64,000 bases of DNA from Candidatus Aminicenantes bacterium (GCA_027067555.1 JAMOVU010000070.1:63461-127460), one strand, 5' to 3'. Positions 46,772-56,337 are shown, numbered from the stretch's first letter. Program-made: numbers and translations. The notes: generated by a model not told the origin, from the letters alone.

Positions 46772-49609
46772 TTATTCCTCCTTATTCTTTATTTTAATCT
46801 TAAAAATTAAAATCGCTGAGGGCAAAAGTGAAAGAGTTGAAAAGGCAGATAAAAACATAGCTCCAACCATCGTTCCCCCAAAGTTTCTAAGAGGAAGCAT
46901 TGAAGAGAACAAAAGAACGGCAAAACCTATCATTACAGCAAAAGTATTTGTCAGAATAGCCTTTCCCTTTTCGGAAAATGCTTCATAAACAGCATCTTCA
47001 AGAGATTTTTTTTCCTCCAGTCCATTCACAACACCATGGATAAAGTGAATTGAATAATCAATACCAACACCTATTGAAATTCCCCCTATCATCATGGTCG
47101 CATAATCAAGGGGTATCCCGAAAAAGCCTAAGAAACCATACATTAAAGATACTGTAAAAAGAATGGGAAGGGTTGAAATTATCCCGAGGAAAATACTTTT
47201 TCTCATAAAAATCATAAGAAATAAAGTTACAAGATAAGCAATAATAAGTGATTGAACCTGAGACGAGAATAGAGATTCATCCAAGGCAGTTATAAGGGAT
47301 GGATTCCCTGTCTGCCTTATTTTAAAATCTATAAGTTTACCATTTAGGTTTCCGACTTTTTTTGCCTTTAAAATCGCAAGATTATCAAAAAGATCAAAAC
47401 CCACTGATTTAAGCTTTTTTTCAAGATCAGGATTATTAAAAACAACTATCTTTTTAAGACTATTAATAAAATGTTCAACTTTTTTTCTTAATGAGAAATC
47501 ATTTAGTTTAAAGAATATTGTCTCAGAAGAATCTCGAGCAGTTTCAAGATCAAATTCATCATGGGGAAGGATTCTTTTAAACAATTCAATAATATTTTCT
47601 TTATTTAAGCTTTCTTTTTCAACAAGGTTTCTAACTCCTCTTAAAAGAAGTCTTTTCTCTCTTTCATTAACATCAAAATCAAACTCATCACTTTTAATAT
47701 AATTCGCTATCAGATTAAACTTCTCTTCAGAGGTCAAACTCTCTTTTCTAAGTACGAAGGTTTTCATTAAAATAGCAATTTTTTCCTTTTGCTCCTTTTG
47801 AAGATTGATACCATAATGTTTAAAAATTCCGAAAAGCTCTGTTTTAAGTTCCTCAGACTCTTTTTCTCTTATCAATTCTTCATCACTAAAATTAATTCCT
47901 TTCAAATAATAAGAATAATAGTTTTCGCTGAAATTATCCTTTAGAAAATTATTGATTTTTCTGAATAGCTCTTTATTAAAACCTGTGGAAGATTCGGATG
48001 TTTTGGAAAAAACAATTGCCTTTTTATTGTCAGAAGAGATAATCTGTTTTAATTCCTCCCTTCCTTCCATAAAAAACCAGAGATTTCCAACTGAAGAATC
48101 CTCATCAGGCAATGAATATTCATCATTGAGTTTATAATTGAGCTCCTGAATAACATTTACAATTGAAAAGGGAGAGGCAAGTTCCCTTTCAGCATAAAGA
48201 AAATTCTCTGCTTTTCTCATTAATCGCAATGCTTCAGAAGATTTTACATTATTTGATTCCACATAAAACAGAACCGGATAGGCACCTTGAAATTTTTCCT
48301 TAACAAGCTTTTGTCCCAGTCTTGGTTGTGAGTTTACAGGATAATACTCTGAAAAATTAACTTCCCGCTTAACTTTTAAAAAGCCCAAGGAAAAAAGTAA
48401 CATAAGAATAATTGAAAAAAAGAATACAAAAAATCTTCTCTTTACAACAAATTCGGAAATTTTTTTTAGAAAAAACCATTCTTTTTCTTCTTTTTTTTGT
48501 GGTTTTTTCTCATCCTTTACAAATGAATAAGAAGCTGGAATAAGCGTAAGAGAAATCATAAGAGCAAAAAGAATACCCACACCGGAGAAAACACCGAAGT
48601 CAGCTATTAATTTGAGCTTTGCACTAATAAAAGACATAAAACCCACAAGAGTTGTTATTCCTGCTAAAACCACAGGTATGAATATATCAGATGTGGCCTC
48701 AGAGAGAGTTGAGAGTTCAGAAATATTTTCCGTATGCAAATATTTATTAATAATGTGAATACCGTACGCTGAACCAAGTGCAACCAAAAGAACAGGAATT
48801 GCCGGTGATATAATTGTTAGAGGTTTTCCGAGAAAACCTAAGAGCCCGAAAAGCCAGACAACAGAGATAATAACAACAAGGGCAGGTAAAATTACCCCTT
48901 CCCATCTTCTAAAACTAAAATAGAGGACCAGAACAATTAACAAAATTATAATTGGAGTTAGAAGTTTCATATCCTTTATTGTGAATTTGTTAGCAAAATA
49001 GCTATCTGATGGAATTCCACTGTACAAAATCTGAGAACTTTCTCCAAATATTTTTTTTGCCTCCGGTATTAGAATTTTCCCTGTAACAGCAACAGGATCA
49101 AATTTATCTTTAATAAAGACAGAAAATGCAACCCACTTTCCATCATCAGAAACAATATTTCCCCTGTAATTCTCTTTGGAAAGCACATACTTTTTTAAAT
49201 TTTCAAGCTCTTTTTTAGTAGACGGAATCTCCTCAACCAAATCCTTTACTTCAATACCATCCGAAGTTTTTCTTATATCACTTGTATTTGAAAGTGAAGT
49301 TATTATGTAAATTTCCTTTTTTTCCTTCAAATCCTCCGTAAAAAGCTTCACTTTCCTAAGAAAATCTTCCGAAAAAACCTCTCCATTTTCAGGTTTCACC
49401 ATTATAAGAACCAGATTGTTAATTGCAAAATCCTTAGAAGCTTTTATAAATAGAGAAAGCCTCGGATCCTTTTTGGAAAGCCACGAAATCATCTTATTGG
49501 AAAATTTTATATCTTTAATTCCAAAGAGGCTTAGTAAAGTTATTAAAATAATTAAACCGATAACTAAAAACCTGTATCTAATAACAAAATCAGATACCTT
49601 TTTATTCAT
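46772..49609 (-). CDS. RND-superfamily exporter (MMPL/COG1033-type, 12 TM with two periplasmic loops)
   Basis: 945 aa with two repeated 6-TM bundles (sterol-sensing-like), each preceded by a large hydrophilic domain. The GxxxD/E-rich TM4-like segments are typical of RND/MMPL. Confidence 0.8.
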   Translation of the reverse strand: MNKKVSDFVIRYRFLVIGLIILITLLSLFGIKDIKFSNKMISWLSKKDPRLSLFIKASKDFAINNLVLIMVKPENGEVFSEDFLRKVKLFTEDLKEKKEIYIITSLSNTSDIRKTSDGIEVKDLVEEIPSTKKELENLKKYVLSKENYRGNIVSDDGKWVAFSVFIKDKFDPVAVTGKILIPEAKKIFGESSQILYSGIPSDSYFANKFTIKDMKLLTPIIILLIVLVLYFSFRRWEGVILPALVVIISVVWLFGLLGFLGKPLTIISPAIPVLLVALGSAYGIHIINKYLHTENISELSTLSEATSDIFIPVVLAGITTLVGFMSFISAKLKLIADFGVFSGVGILFALMISLTLIPASYSFVKDEKKPQKKEEKEWFFLKKISEFVVKRRFFVFFFSIILMLLFSLGFLKVKREVNFSEYYPVNSQPRLGQKLVKEKFQGAYPVLFYVESNNVKSSEALRLMRKAENFLYAERELASPFSIVNVIQELNYKLNDEYSLPDEDSSVGNLWFFMEGREELKQIISSDNKKAIVFSKTSESSTGFNKELFRKINNFLKDNFSENYYSYYLKGINFSDEELIREKESEELKTELFGIFKHYGINLQKEQKEKIAILMKTFVLRKESLTSEEKFNLIANYIKSDEFDFDVNEREKRLLLRGVRNLVEKESLNKENIIELFKRILPHDEFDLETARDSSETIFFKLNDFSLRKKVEHFINSLKKIVVFNNPDLEKKLKSVGFDLFDNLAILKAKKVGNLNGKLIDFKIRQTGNPSLITALDESLFSSQVQSLIIAYLVTLFLMIFMRKSIFLGIISTLPILFTVSLMYGFLGFFGIPLDYATMMIGGISIGVGIDYSIHFIHGVVNGLEEKKSLEDAVYEAFSEKGKAILTNTFAVMIGFAVLLFSSMLPLRNFGGTMVGAMFLSAFSTLSLLPSAILIFKIKIKNKEE

Positions 49610-50252
49610 CCTCTTTTCCTCCAGAAATTGTTCTTAAATACTCTGATAAAATAGGAAGAGCTATCTCTCCGTACTTTTTCTTTCTCTCCTCAAAAACACT
49701 CCACAGAGTAAAGGATGTGTGAATTATCCCCAGGTATCTTATGGCAGCTATTTTAGGATCAATATCCCGCCTGAATTCTCCGCTTTTTATACCTTTTTCT
49801 ATAATCTTTTGAAAATTTTTCACCAATTTTTCAATAATGGATTTGAATCTCTCAAAGAGGATGGGATCATCGATGTAAAGTTCATCTGTAAAAATAATTC
49901 TATATATACCCGGGAAATCCTCAAGATAATCTATTGCAAAATAAAACCATTCCTGAAGGCTTCTCATCGGAGAATGCTTTTCTTTTTTTATCTGTTTGAA
50001 TTTTTCATCCAGAAGCTTTTCCGAGATATCAAGAATCATTACAAATATATCACTCTTTGACTTTATATGTTTGTAAAGCGCGCCCTCTCTGAAACCAATC
50101 TCCTCAGCTAAGTTTTTCGTTGTTATCCCTCTTAGTCCGAACTTATCAGCCAATTTAAGAGCTGCCGTAAAAATATCAAGCTTTCTTTTGTCAAGAAAAC
50201 TGACAATCTTTTTTCTCATATCTTTCTTCTCCTTTAGATTTATTATTAACAA
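49602..50252 (-). CDS. TetR/AcrR-family transcriptional regulator
   Basis: N-terminal HTH region ALKLADKFGLRGITTKNLAEEIGFREGALYKHIKSKSDIF. Its stop overlaps the RND gene start by 8 nt. Confidence 0.85.
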   Translation of the reverse strand: MLIINLKEKKDMRKKIVSFLDKRKLDIFTAALKLADKFGLRGITTKNLAEEIGFREGALYKHIKSKSDIFVMILDISEKLLDEKFKQIKKEKHSPMRSLQEWFYFAIDYLEDFPGIYRIIFTDELYIDDPILFERFKSIIEKLVKNFQKIIEKGIKSGEFRRDIDPKIAAIRYLGIIHTSFTLWSVFEERKKKYGEIALPILSEYLRTISGGKEDE

Positions 50253-50464
50253 CAGATAAATTTGATATGCCCAAATTGAGTCTCTCCATTAAATTTCTTG
50301 CCTTAATTTTCTTCATACCTCCCACCGGTTGCAGAGCACGAAAGTTTTTCTCTGAAAATACAGACGGTCCAAAAAACTGATATAATGGCTTTGAGGCTAA
50401 GAATTTTGGTTCTTCCAATAATTCCTTCATTCCTTCACTTTTCATTTCTAAATTTTTTCTCCAC

Positions 50465-50491
50465 ACTCACCTATGGTGAGTAAATACTCAC
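50465..50491. promoter_or_regulatory. Composite palindrome (candidate TetR operator): ACTCACC-TAT-GGTGAGTA-AA-TACTCAC
   Basis: Two overlapping inverted repeats share the central GGTGAGT half-site. They sit in the 330-nt intergenic region upstream of the tetR-RND operon, about 215 nt from the tetR ATG. Confidence 0.35.
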
Positions 50492-50581
50492 TCTCCAATT
50501 ATAGCAAAAAATTTTTCTCTGTCAAGATCTCTAAAAGAAGAAAGAAGATAATAATAAAATAATAATTAATACATTAAACCA

Positions 50582-51604
50582 TTAAGCCATCAACAATAAC
50601 CCCTTATTCGAAAACCCTTTTACTTCCTCAGGCCAAGCACTTACCTGAACCTCTCCTATGTGTTTTCTTCTAAGCAGAAACATAGCTACTCTTGATTGTC
50701 CAATTCCTCCGCCTATACTGAGAGGTAATTCCCCCTTCATTAGCAATCTATGCCATGGAAACAAAAGCCTTTTTTCCAACCCCTGCATCTTTAATTGAGT
50801 TCTTAAAGAATCTTTATCAACTCTTATTCCCATTGAAGAAATTTCAAAAGCATCATCTAAAACAGGATTCCATACAATAATATCTCCGTTTAAACCTCTC
50901 TTACCTTCCTCTCCAACAGTGCTCCAGTCATCATAATCCGGCGCTCTTCCATCATGAGGCTTGCCATCAGGCAAAGGATACCCAATTCCAATAATAAAAA
51001 CCGCGCCATATCTTTTCACTATTTCTCTCTCCCTCTCTTTAGGAGAAAGATCGGGAAACTCTTTATAAAGATCCTCACTGTAAATAAATTTAATATCTTT
51101 TGGGAGAACACTTTCATAATTTAGCACTTTTGAAAAATAAAGCTCTGATTCTTTTAAACAACCATATATTTTCCTAACAGTCTTTTTTAAAAAATTAATA
51201 TTTCTTTCCTCCTTGCTTATAACCCTCTCCCAATCCCATTGATCAACAAGAACAGAATGAATAGAGGAATTCTTAATATCTTCCTCCGGACGAATTGCTA
51301 ACATATCAGTTATTATTCCTTCTCCCACCTCCAACTGCATTTCTTTTAATGCAAGTCTTTTCCACTTTGCAAGAGAATGAACAATCTGAAATTTTTTTTC
51401 TCCGATAGAGGCAATTTTAAACTCAACAGCTTTTTCTATTCCATTCAAATCATCCTGGATCCCGCTTTCAGCTTCCACAAAAAGAGGAGCCGGGATTTTC
51501 TTCAGATTCAGCTTTTTTATGAGACAGTTTTCAAATTTTCTTTTTACCTCCAAAACAAGTTCCATTCTTTTTCCTAAAGAGAACCCTAAAAAATCTTTCA
51601 TCAC
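50582..51604 (-). CDS. asnA: Aspartate--ammonia ligase (asparagine synthetase A)
   Basis: Conserved blocks match AsnA (HSLAKWKR, VDQWDWERVI, RAPDYDDWS, NGDIIVWNPVLDDAFE, GGGIGQSR). 340 aa. Confidence 0.9.
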   Translation of the reverse strand: MMKDFLGFSLGKRMELVLEVKRKFENCLIKKLNLKKIPAPLFVEAESGIQDDLNGIEKAVEFKIASIGEKKFQIVHSLAKWKRLALKEMQLEVGEGIITDMLAIRPEEDIKNSSIHSVLVDQWDWERVISKEERNINFLKKTVRKIYGCLKESELYFSKVLNYESVLPKDIKFIYSEDLYKEFPDLSPKEREREIVKRYGAVFIIGIGYPLPDGKPHDGRAPDYDDWSTVGEEGKRGLNGDIIVWNPVLDDAFEISSMGIRVDKDSLRTQLKMQGLEKRLLFPWHRLLMKGELPLSIGGGIGQSRVAMFLLRRKHIGEVQVSAWPEEVKGFSNKGLLLMA

Positions 51605-51666
51605 ACACCTCTCAATATTAATTTAATAATGTATTTTAGTAAAAAAAATTATATTATCTTAATAAT

Positions 51667-51695
51667 TGACAAATTTTTGTTAATTTATTAATATT
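51667..51695 (+). promoter_or_regulatory. Candidate sigma70 promoter for asnC (TTGACA, 17-nt spacer, TAATAT)
   Basis: Perfect -35 TTGACA at 51667..51672 and -10 TAATAT at 51690..51695, about 40 nt upstream of the asnC ATG, within the divergent asnA/asnC intergenic region. Confidence 0.5.
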
Positions 51696-51736
51696 TAATG
51701 TGATTTTTAAAAATTTACAAAAAAAGGTGCTTTAAA

Positions 51737-52213
51737 ATGAGAGAAAATTATAAACTTGATAAAATTGACAAAAAAATATTATCTTTTCTCATTGAGGATG
51801 CAAGACAACCCTTTCTTGATATAGCAAAAACTATTTATGTTTCAGGCGGAACCATTCATGTAAGATTCAGAAAAATGGTAGAAAAAGGCATAATAAAAGG
51901 CTCAACTCTTATAGTAGACCCAGAAAAAATAGGCTTTGATATCTTCGCTTTTGTGGGAATCAATCTTCACAATGCGAAAGATTATAAAACAGTCATAGAA
52001 AAGATAAAAAAGATTCCGGAAATAATGGAAGCATATTATACCACTGGAAAATACAATATATTCGTAAAGCTTTTTGCAAAAAACACAAAAGATTTGTACA
52101 ATATTTTAATAAAAAAAATTCAGGAAATTCCGGAAATTCAATCAACTGAAACACTTCTTTCCCTTGAAACAGCTTTTGAGAAAAAAATAAGCACCCTTAT
52201 AGAAATAGCATAA
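51737..52213 (+). CDS. asnC: Lrp/AsnC-family transcriptional regulator
   Basis: N-terminal HTH (LDKIDKKILSFLIEDARQPFLDIAKTIYVSGGTIHVRFRKM) plus C-terminal RAM/ACT-like domain. It is divergent from asnA. Confidence 0.85.
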   Translation: MRENYKLDKIDKKILSFLIEDARQPFLDIAKTIYVSGGTIHVRFRKMVEKGIIKGSTLIVDPEKIGFDIFAFVGINLHNAKDYKTVIEKIKKIPEIMEAYYTTGKYNIFVKLFAKNTKDLYNILIKKIQEIPEIQSTETLLSLETAFEKKISTLIEIA

Positions 52214-52312
52214 GATAATCTCACCTTCCTTTATTCAACTTATACGCAGTGTTTGACAAAACCCACAAAATATAATATTTTAGGAAATTCACAAAAAGTT
52301 TGGAGGTTTTCT

Positions 52313-53455
52313 ATGAACTATTTTTTAACAGAAGAAGAACAAATGGTTAGAGAAATTGCAAGAAAAATTGCTCTGGAAAAAATCGTCCCGGTAAGACAAA
52401 AATACGATGAAGAGGGAACTTTTCCCCACGATATAGTGGAAGTAATGGCACAGAGTGATCTCTTCAGAGTTTTTATTCCAGAGGAGTACGATGGAATGGG
52501 ACTTTCAACTCTTGCAATGCTTCTTGCGGTTGAAGAACTATCTTACGGATGCGCTGGAATCGCCCTTGCTTATGCAGGCACGGCACTTGGCATAACACCC
52601 ATTATTTTATACGGAAATGAAGAGCAAAAGAAAAAATATCTCCCCATGGTTGCAAACGGAGCTCTTGCAGCTTTCGGGCTTACGGAAAGTGAAGCCGGAA
52701 GTGATGCCGGAAATATAAAAACAAGAGCTGAAAAGGACGGAGATTATTATATAATAAATGGAACAAAGCAATTCATAACAAACGGAGGGGAAGCAGATGT
52801 TTATGTAATAATTGCCCTAACCGATCCTTCGAGAGGAACAAGAGGAGCCACAGCATTTATTCTTGAAAAGGGAATGGAAGGATTTGAATTCGGTAAAAAA
52901 GAGGACAAGATGGGGATAAGAGCCTCTGTTACAAGAGAGCTTATTTTCAGAGATCTCAGAGTCCATAAAAGCCAGATTTTAGGAAGGGAAGGCGGCGGTT
53001 TTCTTATGACAATGAAAACATTTGACAGAACAAGACTCGGTGTTGCAGCCCAGGCAGTTGGCATTGCTCAGGCAGCACTTGATGCAGCCGTATCCTATGC
53101 AAAAAAAAGACACCAGTTCGGAAAACCAATTGCTTCTTTTGAAGGATTACAGTATATGATGGCTGATATGGCTATTAAAGTGGAATCAGCAAGAGCTTTG
53201 ACCTATATGGCAGCAAGAAATGTTGATGCAGGGGAAAAGGTTGCTGATATAACCGCAATGGCAAAAGCCTATGCTTCTGATGTTGCAATGCAGGTCACAA
53301 CAGATGCTGTGCAAATTTTCGGTGGATACGGATATATGAAGGAGTATCCTGTTGAAAAAATGATGAGAGATGCAAAAATCACTCAGATCTACGAAGGAAC
53401 AAATCAAATTATGAGAAATATAATAGCATCTCAATTAATTAAGAGGATAAAATGA
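52313..53455 (+). CDS. Acyl-CoA dehydrogenase (short-chain/butyryl-CoA dehydrogenase-like)
   Basis: Start at ATG 52313, which has a GGAGG RBS 7 nt upstream. The ORF-track start at 52253 is an extension. ACAD motifs are present (GLTESEAGSDAG, QIFGGYGY, IYEGTNQI). Confidence 0.9.
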   Translation: MNYFLTEEEQMVREIARKIALEKIVPVRQKYDEEGTFPHDIVEVMAQSDLFRVFIPEEYDGMGLSTLAMLLAVEELSYGCAGIALAYAGTALGITPIILYGNEEQKKKYLPMVANGALAAFGLTESEAGSDAGNIKTRAEKDGDYYIINGTKQFITNGGEADVYVIIALTDPSRGTRGATAFILEKGMEGFEFGKKEDKMGIRASVTRELIFRDLRVHKSQILGREGGGFLMTMKTFDRTRLGVAAQAVGIAQAALDAAVSYAKKRHQFGKPIASFEGLQYMMADMAIKVESARALTYMAARNVDAGEKVADITAMAKAYASDVAMQVTTDAVQIFGGYGYMKEYPVEKMMRDAKITQIYEGTNQIMRNIIASQLIKRIK

Positions 53456-54240
53456 ACATCTTTGTATGTATAAAGCAGGTACCAAATACTACAGAGGTCA
53501 AATGGGATCTTGAAAAGGGAACTCTAATAAGAGAGGGAGTCGAATCAATAGTTAATCCCTTTGACCTCTATGCTGTTGAGGAAGGGTTAAGAATTAAGGA
53601 AAGACTTGGAGAAGGAAAAGTCATAGCAATTACAATGGGACCTCCTCAGGCAAAAGAGGCTTTAAGAGATGTTATTGCAATGGGAGTTGACGAAGGGATT
53701 TTGGTATCGGATAGAGCCTTTGCAGGGGCTGACACACTTGCAACTTCTTACTCTCTTTACAAAGCAATAGAAAAAATCGGAGACATAGGTATCATAATAG
53801 CAGGTAAACAGGCTATCGACGGAGATACCGGACAGGTAGGTCCGGGGATAGCTTCATGGTTCGGATATCCTCAGGTAACCTATGTAAGAAAGATAGTGGA
53901 AATTAACAAAGAAAAAGCTGTAGTTGAAAGATTAACAGATTATGGATATGATGTGGTTGAAATCGGACTTCCTGCGGTAATTACAGTTGTTAAAGAGATA
54001 AATGAACCAAGACTCCCCTCTTTAAGAGGAAAGATGAAAGCAAAGAAGTTTGAACCTACTGTTTTCACTTCAAAAGACATTGAAGCTGATGAAACAAAAA
54101 TAGGACTTCAGGGGTCTCCGACTCAGGTTAAAAAGGTGTTTTCACCACCTAAAAGAACCGGTGGAGAAAAGTTTGAAGGTGAAGCTGAAGAGTTAGCCGA
54201 AATTCTTTTCGGTAAATTAAAAGAATTAAAAGTAGTGTAG
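53452..54240 (+). CDS. etfB: Electron transfer flavoprotein beta subunit
   Basis: N-terminus MNIFVCIKQVPNTTEVKWD is EtfB-like, with AIDGDTGQVGP. It overlaps the ACAD gene by 4 nt. Confidence 0.85.
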   Translation: MNIFVCIKQVPNTTEVKWDLEKGTLIREGVESIVNPFDLYAVEEGLRIKERLGEGKVIAITMGPPQAKEALRDVIAMGVDEGILVSDRAFAGADTLATSYSLYKAIEKIGDIGIIIAGKQAIDGDTGQVGPGIASWFGYPQVTYVRKIVEINKEKAVVERLTDYGYDVVEIGLPAVITVVKEINEPRLPSLRGKMKAKKFEPTVFTSKDIEADETKIGLQGSPTQVKKVFSPPKRTGGEKFEGEAEELAEILFGKLKELKVV

Positions 54241-54248
54241 GTGAAAAA

Positions 54249-55442
54249 ATGGGAGTTACAGGAATTTGGGTTTTAGAAGAACAATGCACAGGTTGTAGTG
54301 TTTGCGTTGATTCCTGCCCCTTTGATGCAATAAGAATCAATGAGGAAGGAATCGCAGAAATAGATGAGGAAAAGTGTACTCTCTGCGGTGCATGTGTTGA
54401 TGCCTGCCCCTTTGATGCAATTGAAATGAAAAGGGGAGAGAGTGCAATTGAAATAGATAAAAGTGAATATAAAGGAATTTTAACATTTGCTGAAGTTAAT
54501 GAGGGAGAGCTGGCAAAAGTTGCGCTTGAGATGCTTTCTGTAGGAAGAGAGATAGCAGATAAAAGAGGGACAAAGTTGGCTTCTGTTTTGATAGGTGGAA
54601 AGGGTGTCAACAAACATGCTCAAACACTAATTAATCACGGAGCAGATATAGTTTACTACATTGAGCATGACGAGCTATTCCACTTTCACGATGAACTTTA
54701 CTCCGAAGCTTTGAAAAAGCTTATGGAAGAGGTAAAACCCGAAGTTTTTATCGGAGGGGCATCCGCAGTAGGAAGAGCACTTTTGCCAAGACTTGCAGCA
54801 AATATTGAAACAGGGCTTACCGCTGATTGTACTGAGCTTGATATTGATACTGAAACAGGAAATCTCCTTCAAACAAGACCTGCCTTTGGCGGAAATATAA
54901 TGGCAACAATACTCACTCCTAATCATAGACCTCAAATAGCAACAATAAGGCCAAGAGTAATGCCTGTTCCTCCGGAAAAAGAAAAAAGCGGAGAGATAAA
55001 AAAGATAGATTTTGATCCAACAGCTTTTAAAATATCCAAAATAATAAAAGAAGCAGTAATTTTATCCGAAGAAGAGGTAAACCTCCATGAAGCTGAAGTT
55101 ATAGTTTCAGCCGGAAGAGGAGTAGGAAGCAAAGAGAATATGCAGCTTATTTATGATTTTGCAAAAAAGCTCGGCGCTGCGGTTGGAGCCTCAAGAGCTG
55201 TGGTTGATGCAGGCTGGATATCATATCCCCATCAGGTCGGACAAACAGGAACAACGGTAGCACCGAAAGTTTATATTGCCTGTGGAATTTCGGGCGCAAT
55301 TCAGCATCAGGTCGGTATGAGATCAAGTGATGTCATAATTGCTATTAATTCTGACCCTGAAGCTCCCATCTTTGACATAGCCACATATGGCTTTGTTGGA
55401 GATCTTCACAAGATTATCCCGGAATTAATGAAAAAACTCTGA
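54249..55442 (+). CDS. etfA: Electron transfer flavoprotein alpha subunit with N-terminal 2x[4Fe-4S] ferredoxin domain
   Basis: Two CxxCxxCxxxCP motifs (CTGCSVCVDSCP and CTLCGACVDACP). These are followed by the EtfA FAD-binding core (IYIACGISGAIQHQVGM, SDVIIAINSDPEAPIF). Confidence 0.85.
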   Translation: MGVTGIWVLEEQCTGCSVCVDSCPFDAIRINEEGIAEIDEEKCTLCGACVDACPFDAIEMKRGESAIEIDKSEYKGILTFAEVNEGELAKVALEMLSVGREIADKRGTKLASVLIGGKGVNKHAQTLINHGADIVYYIEHDELFHFHDELYSEALKKLMEEVKPEVFIGGASAVGRALLPRLAANIETGLTADCTELDIDTETGNLLQTRPAFGGNIMATILTPNHRPQIATIRPRVMPVPPEKEKSGEIKKIDFDPTAFKISKIIKEAVILSEEEVNLHEAEVIVSAGRGVGSKENMQLIYDFAKKLGAAVGASRAVVDAGWISYPHQVGQTGTTVAPKVYIACGISGAIQHQVGMRSSDVIIAINSDPEAPIFDIATYGFVGDLHKIIPELMKKL

Positions 55443-55443
55443 T

Positions 55444-56337
55444 TTATTTTATTAAAAATTCAGGCTCTTTTTCTTTTTCCTTAATATATTTTTTTATAAT
55501 TAAAAGGGCCTTTTCTACATCTCCTTCTCCTATAATAATAGCTGAAGGTCCCGGAGGAGATAAAGTCTCAACAAAAGTATGATTTAACTCTTTATTATAA
55601 AGAGACTCTAATTTTTCATTTTCCTCTTTGTTTCTTCCGACTATTAAAACCGCTCTATCATTGAGAGTAAAGAATCTTCCGTACCTCAGGATTTCTACAT
55701 TTGTCTTATTTATAAGCTCTCTTTCCAAAAGCTCCTTTGTCCTTTTTGCAAAATCAGGTACAGTTAAAAGGCATCCTCCTGCAGGTGTCGGGATATGGGA
55801 TAATGAAAACTTTTTTGCAAGTTCAAGCTGTATCTGCCTATTTCTTCCTGAAAGTCCCAAAAGCTTTTCCCTTTCAACCCAGCCCTTCTTTTCAGCTATT
55901 GTTTCAGGCATATTCTTTTGAGTTAATGGCCTTAAAACAAGACCTGAAACACCAGCCTCTTTTTCAATGGTATTGATGGCTTCTCTTCTCTGGGAAAATG
56001 GCCTTTGACCTATAATTTCCCCGCTAATCAGAAAATTTGCTCCGATTTTTTCCATATATTCCTTTGCCTTTTTAAAATACAAAATCCTACAATCCATACA
56101 GGGATTAAGATTTTTTCCGTATCCAAACTTAGGTTTTTTTAATACCTTGAAGAAATCTTCCGAAATATCAATAATCTCAGGCTCTCTTTTAAAATCTTTA
56201 AAATTTCTTCTGTCAATTTCACCGAAAAATGGATGATAAAAGCTTACCGGATATACATCAATTCCCAATCCTTCAACAATTTTTATCGCAAGGATACTAT
56301 CAAGCCCTCCTGAATAGAGAGCCACGGCTTTTATCAT
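55444..56337 (-). CDS. PP-loop ATP-pyrophosphatase of the ThiI-like sulfurtransferase type, lacking THUMP/N-terminal domains
   Basis: PP-loop SGGLDS at residue 9. Downstream block NPCMDCRILYFKKAKEYMEKIGANFLISGEIIGQRPFSQR...LVLRPL resembles the ThiI PP-loop domain (PCxxCK.....A.....GA..I.TGE.LGQ..SQ.....VLRPL). 297 aa. Its start overlaps the nadA stop by 4 nt. Confidence 0.55.
   Translation of the reverse strand: MIKAVALYSGGLDSILAIKIVEGLGIDVYPVSFYHPFFGEIDRRNFKDFKREPEIIDISEDFFKVLKKPKFGYGKNLNPCMDCRILYFKKAKEYMEKIGANFLISGEIIGQRPFSQRREAINTIEKEAGVSGLVLRPLTQKNMPETIAEKKGWVEREKLLGLSGRNRQIQLELAKKFSLSHIPTPAGGCLLTVPDFAKRTKELLERELINKTNVEILRYGRFFTLNDRAVLIVGRNKEENEKLESLYNKELNHTFVETLSPPGPSAIIIGEGDVEKALLIIKKYIKEKEKEPEFLIK

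Noticed and set aside
50191-50466. A 91-aa minus-strand ORF in the asnA-tetR intergenic region.
   Set aside because: It overlaps the tetR start codon region and covers the candidate operator and promoter DNA. It has no RBS and no recognisable motif. It is more likely non-coding regulatory sequence.
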